Positions 13,055 to 26,662 of a stretch of 54,875 nt of DNA are shown piece by piece (position 1 is the stretch's first letter; the number at the start of each line of letters is the position of its first letter). The notes beneath the pieces were generated by a model, which made no database searches, was not told where the DNA came from, and was given only the letters and a program-made list of their open reading frames with translations. Source of the DNA: Octopus bimaculoides (Eukaryota); assembly GCF_001194135.2 (NCBI RefSeq), contig NC_068984.1, forward strand, positions 20,735,310 to 20,790,184. The letters run 5' to 3'. Position numbers and translations under genes: made by a program.

Positions 13055-13145
13055 TGGGTGAAATAAAGATGTAAACGCATTTCCCCTTATGCTATAGATG
13101 TGTGGATCAATAGCATAAAAACTGTTTACATCTTTATTTCATTCA
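13055..13145. other. ~90-nt hairpin / inverted repeat
   Basis: tgaaataaagatgtaaac (13059-13076) pairs perfectly with gtttacatctttatttca (13124-13141). Inner stem ttatgctatagat/atcaatagcataa has one mismatch and a 6-nt loop. Confidence 0.8.
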
Positions 13146-13221
13146 CAGTGAGGCTTTGTGATATTCAAATTTATTTCAAGTCTCCTGACTTACGTTGTGC
13201 AATACAAAAAGATATTAATAT

Positions 13222-13800
13222 TAAGGAAGGCAAAGTGAGCTAGTAGAATCGTTAGCACGTTCTGAGTTCAAATTCCGCCGGGGTTGTTTTTGCCTTTCAC
13301 CCTTTTGAGGAACAGTTGAACACTGGAGTCGATTTAATCGACTTAGTTCCTTCCTCAAGCCTGCTGGCCTTGTGCCAAAATTTGAAACCAATAAGGGAGG
13401 CAACAAGGCAGCGGGCTGGCAGAATCGTTAGCACGCCAGGCGCCGAGGCCAATTTTGCCTTTCATCCTTTCAGGGTCGATAAAATAAGTACCAGTTGAGC
13501 ACTGGAGTCGATGTAATTGAGTTACTCCTTCCCCGAAATTGCTGGCCTTGAGCCAAAATTTTAAACCGATATTAAGGAAGGCAGCAAACTGGCAGAATCG
13601 TCAGTGCATCGAAGAAAATGCAAAGCAGCAATTCTTCTGGCTCTTTACGTCTTGACTTTAAATCCCACCGAGGTAAACTTTGCCTTTCATACTTTCGGGA
13701 TTGATAAAATAAAGAACAATTCAAGCATTGGGGGCGATGGTATCGACTAATCCTCTCCCCTCAACATTGGTAGCTTTCCCTCCAAATTATAAACCAATGA
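13222..13800 (+). mobile_element. Three head-to-tail SINE family A copies
   Basis: Heads at ~13225, ~13405 and ~13575, each following the previous copy's tttgaaaccaata-type end within ~20 bp. The copies carry different internal deletions. Confidence 0.85.
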
Positions 13801-13995
13801 TATTAATATTGGTTTCAAATCTAAGCACAAGGCTAGCAATTTTGGGGTAGAGGGTAAGCCAATTACATCGACCCCCAACTAGTACTTATTTTATCGATCC
13901 CGAAAAGATGAAAGGCAAAGTCGACCTTGGCGGCATTTGAACTCAGGACGTAAAGACACACTCGGTGTGCTAAACGATTCTACCAGCTCGTCGAT
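13801..13995 (-). mobile_element. SINE family A, inverted relative to the preceding array
   Basis: attggtttcaaatctaagcacaaggctagc...gatgaaaggcaaagtcgaccttggcggcatttgaactcagg...aaacgattctaccagctcg. Confidence 0.85.
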
Positions 13996-14811
13996 GGCAA
14001 AATCGTTAGAGCATCGGAAAAAAGTCTTGTGGTATTTAGTGACATCTCTGTATTTTGTGACTTCAAACACCTCCTTTCAGGCTTTTGTGATCCCTAAAAT
14101 AAGTCGTAGTGCCAAATTTCTTTTGTGCAGTTGAACCATGTGTGAAGCATTTATCAGTGTTTGGAACTCGGTCAAACATTAGCTCCCAATACTGCAGCAG
14201 TAAGGTGACCATACTCATCGAAAGGTCTAAGTTCCATTTTATCCTAGACTAACCTAGCTCGATTTCACTTTACACATCACAATGGATAATACATCGAGTC
14301 AACAAGGTATCCTCAACGAGGTCACTTACAAGAAACAGAAGTGCCTACTCTTGGAGTAAGATGTAGTGTCAAACAGTAGTAAGAACAACCACAATATAGA
14401 TGACTGTTTCTCTCTAGTCACTTAAAACTGCACCGATCCACTTCATAATAATGGATTCAAATCCGACAACATGAAATCTAAAAATTGGTAGACTAGTAAG
14501 ATTCTATGATAGTGGTGTGTTATGAGACGTTGACAGACTGGAGTGACATGGCCTTAATTGCCTCTGATCATGAGTTTGCTCGATTCCTGACTGATCTGGA
14601 GCTAAATGACAACGGCTGATACTGCTAATTTGCTAATTTATATAGGCATTTAATATTTCATTGTGTGTATGTATGTGTGTGTGTGTGTGTGTGTGTGTTT
14701 GTGTGAGTGAGTGTGTGTATGTTTCCTAAACAGTATGTTTTTCAAAACAGTTTGATATGTGCCAATGCATGAAACTCTCGGCCTCTGAAACGCACTGTAA
14801 CTTCTGCTGGT

Positions 14812-15035
14812 TGATAATAACCCTTTCTATAGGCACAAGGCCTGAAATTTGGGGAAGAGGAAGAGTCGATTACATCGACTCCAGTACTCAACAGCTAATA
14901 GATTCAAGATAGTGACCCTGAAAGGATGAAAGGCAACGTCGACCTCAGCGGCATTTGAACTCAGAATATAAAGACAGACGAAATACTGCTAAGCATTTTG
15001 CCCGGCGTAAAGATTCTACCAATTTACCGCTTTAA
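14812..15035 (-). mobile_element. SINE family A
   Basis: ccctttctataggcacaaggcctgaaattt...ggatgaaaggcaacgtcgacctcagcggcatttgaactcagaa...aagcattttgcccggcg. Confidence 0.85.
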
Positions 15036-16553
15036 TAAGAACACACACACACAGAAGCTACAAAGAGTCAATGTGAGGAATGTTATGCTTACGTTCGGTA
15101 TGTGTTCAATATATTTCAACAAATTCTCTAACCTTTTTAAAATAAAAGCCACTCCCTTGCTTGCTGAGCCAAAGAATAATGTTAGCTCACTCATAATAGT
15201 TTTCCTAGTGATTCTGTATAATCCTGATGTAGAAAACGTGATAAGTAATCAAATCCATCTTTTTATTACTTAAATTATATTAAGTCAATGCCTTTGTATA
15301 ATTAAATTATCAGTTAATCTTATTTCTTGATACTGTGCGATGTTTCTTATTTATTTATTTATAACATCCTATATAGCAAACTTGCTACAGTGACAGCAAA
15401 CAAATATTGAAGGCTAGACTTTTGCTAATGAAACCCAATAAACTGAAAGCGCTCGGAGTGGTCTCCCTTGCCAGCCTGTTCAGTCAAAGAATATTGTTAA
15501 CTTTGATGAGATCTGACCTGGAGGTAAATCACAACAACGAAAACGCGTATAGTGTTGTATATTGAGATGGTGCAAAAAATTTTGCTCAATTGACATTGAG
15601 TAAAAAGATTATTTCTAGCACAGATGCAAAACCTCTAATTTGGAGGATCATTAAAGTCGCTTAATTCGAACCCCACCAAAGGTAAAATCAGTCACAGTAG
15701 GATTTGAACTCTGATACGAATAGTCATAACTAAACATTTGTTTGACGCTTTACCATCATTTCTGCCGAATCTAGCCATCCTGACCAAAAGTAACTTATTA
15801 TCAACGAGTATAACCATTACAGCAGCAGAGCTCCAGGTAAATTGCACTGCAGTAATTACTCCGCTCTTTGAAACCTGAGTTCAACTTGGGGTTTCATTCT
15901 TCCGAGGTCGATAAATAAAGCACCAGTCCAGCATTAGAATCGACTTCTCTCTTTTTCTCTCCTCAGGCTATGCTTCCCTGTAAGAAGGTCGTGAAGGACC
16001 ACTCACACAGTGCCCTTTGGTTCCAAAAATGAAGGCTGAGAGGGGCAACTAGTAACCTCTTCTTATCTAGCATGCTACAAAGAAATCTGAGAACATGGCG
16101 GACGTTGAGGGGCGGAATTCACACGCACACATAGGCCCCCCACACACACACACTTATAAAAAAAGATGTTTTAAATGTGAATACCTGCTGGGACTCGTAC
16201 TTCTATCTGTTGATACATAAATATAAAAATTAACTTGAACTCAACAAAATCCACCTCATACACACACATCTTTATATTTGCGTTTGACAAGATCGTATTA
16301 ATAGACTAGCACATGCGCAGTGTGTGTGAGTGTATCGTTTTTGTTTTCTATTTTGACCCGATTACCAGAAAAAAATTAATCGTGAAACCTCTTCGATGTT
16401 ATTTGAGACGGAGACACACACCTCTTTTTCACGTCATATTAAGTAGCCCAAACGTAGTTTTCTTACGATCTCACAGTCACCCGTTGAATAATATGTATTT
16501 ATTGATACTTTTTCTTTTTGTCGTCGTCGTTACCTCTAATTTCTCTACTGTGT

Positions 16554-16589
<36 letters not shown>

Positions 16590-17052
16590 AAATAGTTCGA
16601 TTTCTCCAGGTGACAAACATCACGACAGTGACGTTCTAGTTGTAAGTTGACACCGACTTCCTGTGACCGACTTCATGGAAGGTTCAACACAAGAAGCAGA
16701 GAAAAATGAGTGGTGGGTTACATACTGCTAAAATATTCGCCACTTTTATTGAAAATCACACTCCGCCATCTTAAATAGAGAGAAGGCCCATTTATATAGC
16801 AAGAAGACGATGTGGTTGCGGCTGAAATCTCTTTTATTAAAAGGTTAACTTGATCAAGGTTGATGTGAAATTAGAAAACAATAAAAACTACGACAATATG
16901 ATACATGAATGCTTTTCCCTGACTGCGTAACAATAAATGCTCTTATTACACGATATATTGCAGCGATCCAGAGCACAAAACAAAAGCATTATATGAAGAA
17001 CTTGGTCGACAAGTGAGGTCCTCAGTATTGTGTCATGAGATGATAGAAAAAC

Positions 17053-17082
17053 CGAAGTTTCGAGCGAATTTCATCGTCGGGG
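17053..17082 (-). other. Degenerate minimal hammerhead-like motif
   Basis: Minus strand reads cc-CCGACGA-T-GAaattcgcTC-GAAAC-TTC-gg. Confidence 0.4.
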
Positions 17083-17326
17083 AAAAAGCGAACCTTGGAC
17101 TGACAAAGCATTCGCCATCATCCAAAAGTTTTCTACTGTGGAATGTGTGCAACAGACTGATCTAAACTACTCCGAGTACCACCACCACCACTAACAACAA
17201 CCACCACCACCACCACTACCACGTCACAACAACAGGAACCAGATCTAGATCCAGCATGTAGTGTCTCTTAAATTAGAATATATTTATTGCTCAACATAAA
17301 ATCCGCATGTGCGAACTGGGAAAATG

Positions 17327-17364
<38 letters not shown>
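17327..17364 (+). repeat. Poly(A) tract, 38 nt
   Basis: Directly visible. No TSD or recognisable retro-copy body identified. Confidence 0.95.
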
Positions 17365-17367
<3 letters not shown>

Positions 17368-18092
17368 AACTAGGGCAACGGCCAACCAACCAGCCAGCCA
17401 ACCAACCTAGCACCTGAACCAACATCATTAATGCTTAGTACCGAAACTTTTTCTACCACACCCCTTATTGCTCGCGATCTTTCTCAGTAATCACTCCCCG
17501 TATCACATTACTGGAAACGCTCTCGGTCAATTGCCAAGTTTATGGTTGTACACACATTTAACGAAACAGCAAAGAGTAAATATGAATCTATAGAATAAAT
17601 ATTCTTGTTCTGACGACTAAAAAAACACCTTGTCTGTAAAAGTAACCATACATATATACACCTTCCAGCATTTCTGGTTATTGGTAGAAATGTTTGTTGG
17701 AAATTATTTCATCGACTTACATTAAAAAAAAAAAAAATGAAACTAGTATTTTAGTTATTTCCATGGCCGTTTTCTTAATTGGTTTAAAAGGTTTTGACAA
17801 CTTCCAGTCGCAAAGTTGTCTCCACATATCGACAAACTACCGCTCCCTTCTCTCCCGTCCTTATCCAACAGTTAAAATGTCTTGTAAGGAATTAACTTGA
17901 CGTTGTTGCCAAGAATGTGGAACAAACAAATCCAAAGACGAAATCTTCGGCAGCACAATAACGGTATTAAAAAGTACAATAACGCTCTGAACACCCAGTG
18001 AACAATAAAACAAAACTTTGGACAATCAATCACCCACCATTTGTTCTGTTTCGTTTGCACTTCCTCTCTCTCCTGCACACTTTTTTTTACAG

Positions 18093-18469
18093 CGATGGAG
18101 TGGGATGATGGTGTTGTGACACGTATACCTTTCCCGAAGTCATTAATGGACTGAGGTGGCTTGATGAATAGAAATATAACAAAACTAATAGCAACATCAA
18201 CGAGTTAACACGGTAGCGAGCCTCTGGAAATGATAGACATAGGAGCTGAATCTCTTACAACCACAGCCCACTATTTTGAACAGGTTTACACATTGGATAA
18301 TGCAGTAGCCCAAGGTACACCGTCTCAGCATTGGAAACAAACAAACAAAAACGGGCACGATGTCGTAGCTGGAGTTTCTTTTGATCATTCGACTGAACTA
18401 GAGTTAAAGAACAAAAGCAACAACTACAACAACAAACAGTTAAGCTATCCGTTCGTGTCGACTGAATAG
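18093..18469 (+). other. Candidate exon of an unidentified gene (repeat-free, strong acceptor, uORF plus 79-codon ORF)
   Basis: Acceptor cttcctctctctcctgcacacttttttttacAG ends at 18092. A 19-codon uORF starts at 18095 and an ATG ORF spans 18230-18469 (MIDIGAESLTTTAHYFEQ...). No homology recognised and only weak donors. Confidence 0.2.
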
Positions 18470-19439
18470 GCAGAGCAAATATAATATAAGAATAATAATA
18501 CATAAAAGGACCCTAAAAGAATAAGGAGCCAAATGTAAAAGGAAGGGAGCAGAAACAGTTTTGAAAGAAAAGAATAGCCATATCGACTTACATTTCTCCA
18601 AACATCACAATCATAATTTGACACATACGAACCAAATACACATACGCGCACGCAGTTAGTTTTCTTAAGTAGGACAAGACGCATAAACACCAAACCAAAA
18701 TAAAGGCCTCAACGCTACGAATGCCATAATGAACTCTGATGAAGAACGAAACAAACTACACTTGTAAAAACTATATTACACATACTCAGTTTCACATATG
18801 GTGTATGAATTTCCATTCTACTGAGTTGTTTTCGCTTCACTGTTGGCTGAAGCCTCGACGTTTTCATGTTGGCTATAGACCTAAACAGTCTACGTTGGCC
18901 AATTGCGGATTGGGTGGTTAATTCACCCGGCCACGCTCCAAATCGTCTGCAGATCAATAACGAGTAGTTCGGAGAAACGATTTGTCAAGTTTCAGCTTTT
19001 AATTTTATATATATATATATATATAATGTGAGTGTATAGGGATAGAATTCTTCCGAGGAGTAACTCCGGGTTCGCTTCCCTGGATTACGAATATTATCAG
19101 ACGGAGAAAGGTTCATCATCAAAATTTTTTCCCTTTTTAATTTTACAGTTGGTCGTACAGCATAATCATTTGGTTACAATGACCAACATGTGTTTCTGCT
19201 GCACAAAGTATGTGCAGTTGCACATGCATGCAGCCCAGCATAATCTTCAGTGCACCTACATTCAGGGACCTTCAGCAAGAGTGGTTCGAAGCGAATTGAA
19301 TTAATTTATTTACATGTGGCTAGTTTAAGATACCAAGTGAAGTGATGGGAGATATGTTGAAATCTGGTTTGGCTATAAAATTTATATCAGAGGGTGACCT
19401 CTACATAACACCAGTACAGAACAGGACTATATAGATAAT

Positions 19440-19690
19440 AGTGGTGAAAGATCTCCGTCGTTTGGCGATGAGGATTCACTTGTTCGATCAACTGAATAAG
19501 CAGCTCTTGAATTAACCCGTTAGTAGCTGTGTATTCTAGGTACTGCGTGCAACAAGACTGTACTTTTTGAATTACTGGCACAATCTACCCGACGGGCTTC
19601 TACCTAACTTCACTCACAAGATGCTACAGTAGGATCGAACCTGAACATTGCGCTTGCGAAGCGAACTTCGTAGCTATTCGACTCAAAAGC
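19440..19690 (-). mobile_element. Diverged SINE (family C head/body)
   Basis: gatcaactgaataagcagctcttgaattaacccg body, ctacccgacgggcttc segment and ggatcgaacctg (reverse-complement B box). Confidence 0.45.
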
Positions 19691-20522
19691 CCCTACATAA
19701 ACACATGCACACATAGGTGTGCGTGTGTGTGTGTCTGTGTGTGGAGAGAGAGGGGGAGGGGGAGAGGGGGAGGGGAGAGGGAGGGAAAGAGAGAGAGAGA
19801 GAAAGGAGAGTGAGAACATATGCAATCACCGAAATGAGGAGGTCCTTACACTTGCCCAACCTGCTTCAAATAGCAACAGAAACTCCCTCAAATCATAACT
19901 TGTCTAAAAATAGGGGATTCAAAGAATAATCTAGGTATCTAAGTAATCTAAGTATATCTAAAAGGACGATGTGATCACAGCTGAAATACCTTTTATCGAT
20001 CCACTACGAGTCGCCTTTTATCACGGGTTTGCTCGGGGTTAAACAACAACAACCCTGAGACGTCGAGTATTCTGTGTTCGTCACAGAATGCGTATTATAT
20101 ACACATTCTCGCTTCATTTATGACCGGATGTGTGCGTGTGTATGGGTATGTATAAGTATATACGGTGAAGCCACTCATACATACCAAGATACACAATGTG
20201 TATGTGTGTTGTTTGTGCGATGATCTAGTACATACAAACCAAAACGGTTCTCACTTTACGTTAACAACACCTACAAGCAAACATATTGAAAGAAAATATT
20301 TTCAATACGTGTGTGTGTGTGTGTGTGTGTGTAATATTGTTAATAAACGTGAGACAAATGCAATGTACTCAATACATATAGCACAATTTCTACATGTATG
20401 AAAATCCAAGATATGGCACTGTTGCTATATTACTCGCGTCAATCGCCTACCAATCACGCCAACTTATGACTATCTGCTAACACGAAATTCTGAGAAACAT
20501 TAGCGAGATATCTCAGGTTTTA

Positions 20523-20561
<39 letters not shown>

Positions 20562-20571
20562 NNNNNNNNNN

Positions 20572-20613
<42 letters not shown>

Positions 20614-21230
20614 CACATAAGGAGAAAAATGACAGCGTGTAAATGTTATATACCGTACATAAACACTGCACAAACACATTCAAAATAGTCACACATGATC
20701 TGAAACACACATACAGTACGCACGCATGCACCTATGTATGTATGTATGTATGTATGTATATATGTATGTATGTATTGTATGTATGTATGTATGTATGTAT
20801 GTGTGTGCGTGTGTGTACGTATGTATGTATGTATGTATGTATGCATGCATAAAACAGGGTTATGTATGAATAATAGAAATTCGAAAAAAGCCATGAAGTA
20901 AAAAAAATAGGGGTAAAAACCGAAAACTCGAAATTTCGGCATGATGCTAACAGTTTCCAGCGGAATGCCAAGTGTGAACAAAATTAACGCACAAAATCAC
21001 ATGTCTTGCGTACCGAATTTTCTCTCATTTCTGCGATGTCGCTTTTCATTTCATGGACAATTTTAACTTAAAATGCGTGTTTATTACATACAGCATATAA
21101 GGCATGCATATTTTCTTCATATGGATTTATTCGAGATTCACCCTTTCTGTTTAAACTTATTTCACCAAGACATTGGTTGCCTCAGCTGATTTCTAATTAG
21201 TTGTTGAGCACTAAATTGTTCCTTGTGACA

Positions 21231-21276
<46 letters not shown>

Positions 21277-21499
21277 TGCACGGGCGTTTGTGAAAGTGAT
21301 GTTTCAATATAGCCAAAGTCTAATGACCAAAACCAGTAAAGAACAAAAGGTTGTGTGTGCGAGTATCTAACGTACACAAATAGATAGGTAGATAGATAGA
21401 TAGATCGTGTGATGAGATAGAAAAGACTCAGTCAACGGCACGCCGAGTCTGTGTGTGCGCGCGCGTGCATATGCGTGTGTATACATTCGTTAGAGCATG

Positions 21500-21660
21500 G
21501 TATGCAGGCATGGCCGAGTGGTTAAGAAGTTGGCATCAAAATCACGAGGTTCCTGTTTCCATCCATTTGCGAGACAATTATTGTTAACTAGCATTTTATT
21601 ATAAGCCTCGAGTGAAACGGGGCAGACGGAAACTGTGCAGAAGCCTGCTTTATGAACCGT
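21500..21660 (+). mobile_element. Degraded SINE family B
   Basis: gcaggcatggccgagtggttaagaag head and cagacggaaactgtgcagaagcc. Confidence 0.6.
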
Positions 21661-21889
21661 ACTTGTAATTCAAAACATTCGCTAATTCTGCCCGAGTATT
21701 ACATTAAGGTTTACATGTGTTTTGCGAAATATTCTATTACGCTAATTCAACGAGTAGGCATTCAGTTGATTGAACAATTGTAATACTCATCGTCGAAACC
21801 GACGAAAATCTATTTACTTTTTTATTATTCGCATGGGTAGTGTAACGTCTACGCATGTCAATATATCTCACGTGCAAACATGCGTGAAT

Positions 21890-21923
<34 letters not shown>

Positions 21924-22066
21924 AGACTGTCTAAATGCAAGGTGTGTGTATGCACATCATGCTACACTACGTCATTTACATACCGCGCAGTTTTCGACTA
22001 GCAACAGTTACTGAAAACATAACACGCGCATATATTAAATACATACATATGTAAATACATACATAT

Positions 22067-22102
<36 letters not shown>

Positions 22103-23430
22103 AAACCTTTACAATTATCCAGGCAATACACCCCATTATGTACGACTATTTCATAAATACATGAATAGCGTCCGTCACATTGGGTTTCAAACTAAATCAC
22201 GTTACAATACAAATAATACCTACTCATGCATGAATATTAAAACACAAACAATAAAATTGTAAAGTATATCTAGGAAAATAATCTTGCCTTAAGTACTGAA
22301 GACTAACAAACTCTTGACCTCGGTTTCTCTTGGACTTAAGTCACTCTCTCTCCCTGCCTAGGCATCCAGATCTGTGATCAGCTGCTGACCCTCCTCTACG
22401 TAGATCAAGTGTGACCCACATAGAAGCACTGCTCATATATCTAGAGCAGAGCGACATCACGCACACGCACACACAAGGAGTCTTCATGGACCAGAGTGGA
22501 GATAGTTTATATATTTGTTGAACATCAAGGGAAGCGTAGAAGGCAAAGGTGCATGGATAGGCTACAGAAATCTCTAAACTGGAAATCTGGTTAGAGTGCT
22601 TGCAACAGAGTGAACATCCAAAGTCCAGATGGTGCCATGAAACAGGGTGGAGCGAAGTTCCAAGTCAGTCCTGAACAGGGACTTATTGAGCAAAGGCATT
22701 CAAGCTACCACCGTCCCACGGTGTTCTACGTTCTACAACAACATGACCCAATGTATCCTTTTCCATTTGTAAGAAAATGGAAGATTTGGCTTCTATTTCT
22801 AGGACGTCGAACGACCTCTCGTATATAGCTGGCTGCCCAGTTTCCATACAAACTGATGTCCACACTGAACATCTACCACATACATCTATGTCACCATGCA
22901 CCTCGAAAGGTCGCGAGCGCTGACAACATCCCCCACACACGTCACCCTCCTTTCAGCAATTTATGAAAACAGAAAAAAAAATTCCAACTATAAAACAAAA
23001 GGCGAGTCTATAAGCACCAAAGCAGGTTCTACTCGTGTGACACTTAGCTGACCTGAAAGATTCACACACAGAGGGAGGAAGAGAGAGGTTTAAGAAGAAT
23101 GTAACAAGAAATACTAGTTCAGAATGTCTAAGATCTTGTCAACTCTACTCTTCTTCACAGTGGAAGCTCACTACACACACACACACACATTTGAAACTAA
23201 TCATTCATTATCACTATACAGGATTTGAAGCTATGTACGACAAAAGTATCAGTACACACACGTATATAAATGTGTAAATGCATGTGTGCGTGCCACACAC
23301 ACTGATCTTAGCCTTACGGACTATATATNNNNNNNNNNNNNNNNNNNNNNNNNNNNNNNNNNNNNNNNNNNNNNNNNNNNNNNNNNNNNNNNNNNNNNNN
23401 NNNNNNNNNNNNNNNNNNNNNNNNNNNNNN

Positions 23431-23470
<40 letters not shown>

Positions 23471-23829
23471 CATACATATATATATATAATTGAGCTCTTG
23501 AGTGTGAAGAATGTGCCCGGGGCGTTTACACTCGTGTGCAGACACACATCCACATCGACTGTGGGTGTGAACTGACTAGGATTTGAGGCAACCATCCCTT
23601 CAACACATCTGCCGTCGTGGATATATGCCACCTGATTGTCTGATAGTGTGTCGTTTGTTCCCTGCATAAAAGACTAACTTCCTATCCTTGAGCGTTAAGA
23701 TTTGCCCTTCGTTGGCTTTAACGTAAAACCGAATTCGGAGCTAAGCACCGGCTTGATTGAGCGATTGTCGTGTCTTATGGTGGTGACATCATTCTCTCAT
23801 AGATTTACACAGATTCTATTATTGCATGC

Positions 23830-23869
<40 letters not shown>

Positions 23870-24802
23870 CACGTCATATATATATGTGTGTGTGTGTGTG
23901 TATCTATGTGGGTGCGTGAATGTGTGTGAAAGTGTGTGTAAACTGAACTTAGGTTTTCTCACACTCAAGCTAAGTTTCGTCTGTAACAAAATGTGTTGCT
24001 ATACACACAAAACTAGAGGCTAACTTCTTTATCCGCCCGACCAACCAGCCAGCCATCCGTCCACACCCCCACTCTCTCCAACTATTCATCAAGCTATATA
24101 GTTTAGAAGCTTTTCTCTGAGCCCCTTCCCTCTAAATAGATATTTTACATACATACATACATATATGTGTGTGTATGTATATGGGTATATTTTTAGTAGT
24201 CATGCATGAATACGGTATATGTGGATAAGTTTATACAACGCATGCACATTAATTAGTACTTTTGCGTTTAATTTTTTATCCAGTCGTGTGGGCCGTGCTC
24301 CAGTCTGGACGTGACCGTGTTCAACAACACGGTAGAAACAGAACTGGCAGAATTCACACAAAAGTATGTAGAATTTGAAAAGCATCTTTACACACACACA
24401 CAAACATTAAGAGAGAGAGAGAGACAGAGAGACAGAGACAAAGAAAGGGCGAGAGAGAAAGAGAGAGGGAGAGAGAAAGAAATAATTGTCGGTAAGCTTT
24501 ACAATTAGAAAAATAATTATAATTGATGACAGCAACAACAACAGTTAGAAGTTACTGAAAAAATAATTAAAATGGGAGGTAAAACACACACACACACACA
24601 AACTGTCCGTGGAAATTGCTAAGACATTCACCCTGCTCATATATCATATAGACCAAAGACATTGATTACATAGGTTTAAATGGTGCCATAACAGATTGGT
24701 TTTTGAGTGGGTGGGGCTGTGGGTAGGTTTAGGTGAACAGTGGGGGGAGACTGATAAATAGGGAGTAGGGTGAGTGGATAACTGGTTGAATGGAGTAGTG
24801 CG

Positions 24803-24870
<68 letters not shown>

Positions 24871-25016
24871 AGTTAAATAGAGTTTGAGAGAGTGTGTGTG
24901 TGTGTGTGTGTCAATGGACACGTATGTGGGCGTACAGACAGCTGGATGGATGGATAGCGAAATAGTTAGATAGATAGTGAAAGAGATAGATGGATGAAAG
25001 ACAATTGGATTGGTGG

Positions 25017-25047
<31 letters not shown>

Positions 25048-25330
25048 CATTATATTATATGTATGAAATAGAACAAATGTGTGTTAACGAAGAGCAGCTT
25101 AAAAGAGAAAATAAACTGAGTAGGCAACTTGATGGACATACCACATATGAACAATAAAAAGAACCGGTTTTGAAGGGTCACAAGTCTCGAACGTTTTCAG
25201 ATATGCCAGTTTGTGTGTACATATATATTTGCATACACACACACACACACACACACACACATCAGTGTTGTGTGGATGTGTGTGTATATATATATGTATG
25301 AGTGTATAAACACATATAGTTGCACCCGCA

Positions 25331-25365
<35 letters not shown>

Positions 25366-26600
25366 ATCATTTTGGTAATCATCAGATCACGTTTCCTCTC
25401 TTCCAGACACACGTACTAAATGTGAATGTATGGAGACAGTAAATTCTGTAAACGATTGCTAGTATTTAGAAAAAGTGTGAAATTAATTTGTGTATGACCG
25501 TTTTGTGTGTATGTATAATGTGCATGTGTCTGTGTGTGTGTGTGTGTGTTTGTGTGACGACGTGTATATACGTCTATTTGTATGTCTCCTGTATATATAA
25601 GTTATTATCTACATGTTTCGGGTAACGACGGCGACCGTCGTTCAAATGTTTGAGAGCGCGCAACAATGGACCGAGAGCATTTGAATGGATATTTAACAAG
25701 TTTCTAACAGAAATGGATTTGATTCATAGAAATATTCTAGTCGACAGATCAAATTCGTCCGTCTTTTGCTCCCACCTTCCTTTTCTCATTAATTTCTTCT
25801 CTCTCCCTTATACATATGCATCTACTCTCATACACAGACATATTATTTCGATTCACAATCCAACTTTCACACACACAAACACATTTTCTTATATATTTTC
25901 CGCTTTTATTTATTTCATTCTGTCTTTGTCTCTCGTTCTCTACACTAACACACACACACATGTACACACCCATATAATACCATTTCCGTTCTTTTTCTGG
26001 CTTTTTTCTCACACACGCACACTTTACGTATGTGTGTGTACATACACTTTTTTCCTTTTTCTTCTTTCACTCATAAATACTTTTCTTTTTCTACTCTATA
26101 CTTCTCTCAATCAGAGAAAGACACACGAAACAAACAATTTTTTCTATATAATTCCACACACATCTGACTAGTGTCTTCTTTTCTTTTTCTCCCCCCCCTC
26201 TCTCTCTCGTTCTTCCAATCACACTCATCTTACAATCACATATATACATACACAAACACTGAGTTAATGATAAACACATGTACTTAATGAAAAAGAAACA
26301 AGAAAGAATAGTTTTACTTACTTTCTATCTATATCACTCATCTTCACCTCACAATAAAAGATATCAACATTTTGGTTAATGTTGTCCACTGGCACTTCCT
26401 AAGGTACAAAAAGTATTCCGTCTGTTTTTTGTTTTGTTGGAGTTGTATTTGTATGTATGTATGTATACTTGTGTGGATGTGTTTGCGAGGATATATATAT
26501 ATATATATATAATTACAAAATAATATATATATACTTATTTACTTTAATTGTAGTGATTATTTCCCATTTAAATATATACATATTATACATGTATATACAC

Positions 26601-26662
<62 letters not shown>

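Noticed and set aside
18730-18760. CTGATGA-agaac-GAAAC canonical hammerhead core
   Set aside because: No stem II pairing, and no GT/UH or stem I partner after GAAAC.
19032-19110. ORF peptide SNSGFASLDYEYYQTE resembles the LepA/GUF1 (EF4) motif SGYASFDYE
   Set aside because: Flanking residues do not continue the alignment, no other EF4 exons were seen, and several other frames on both strands are also open here. Treated as chance.
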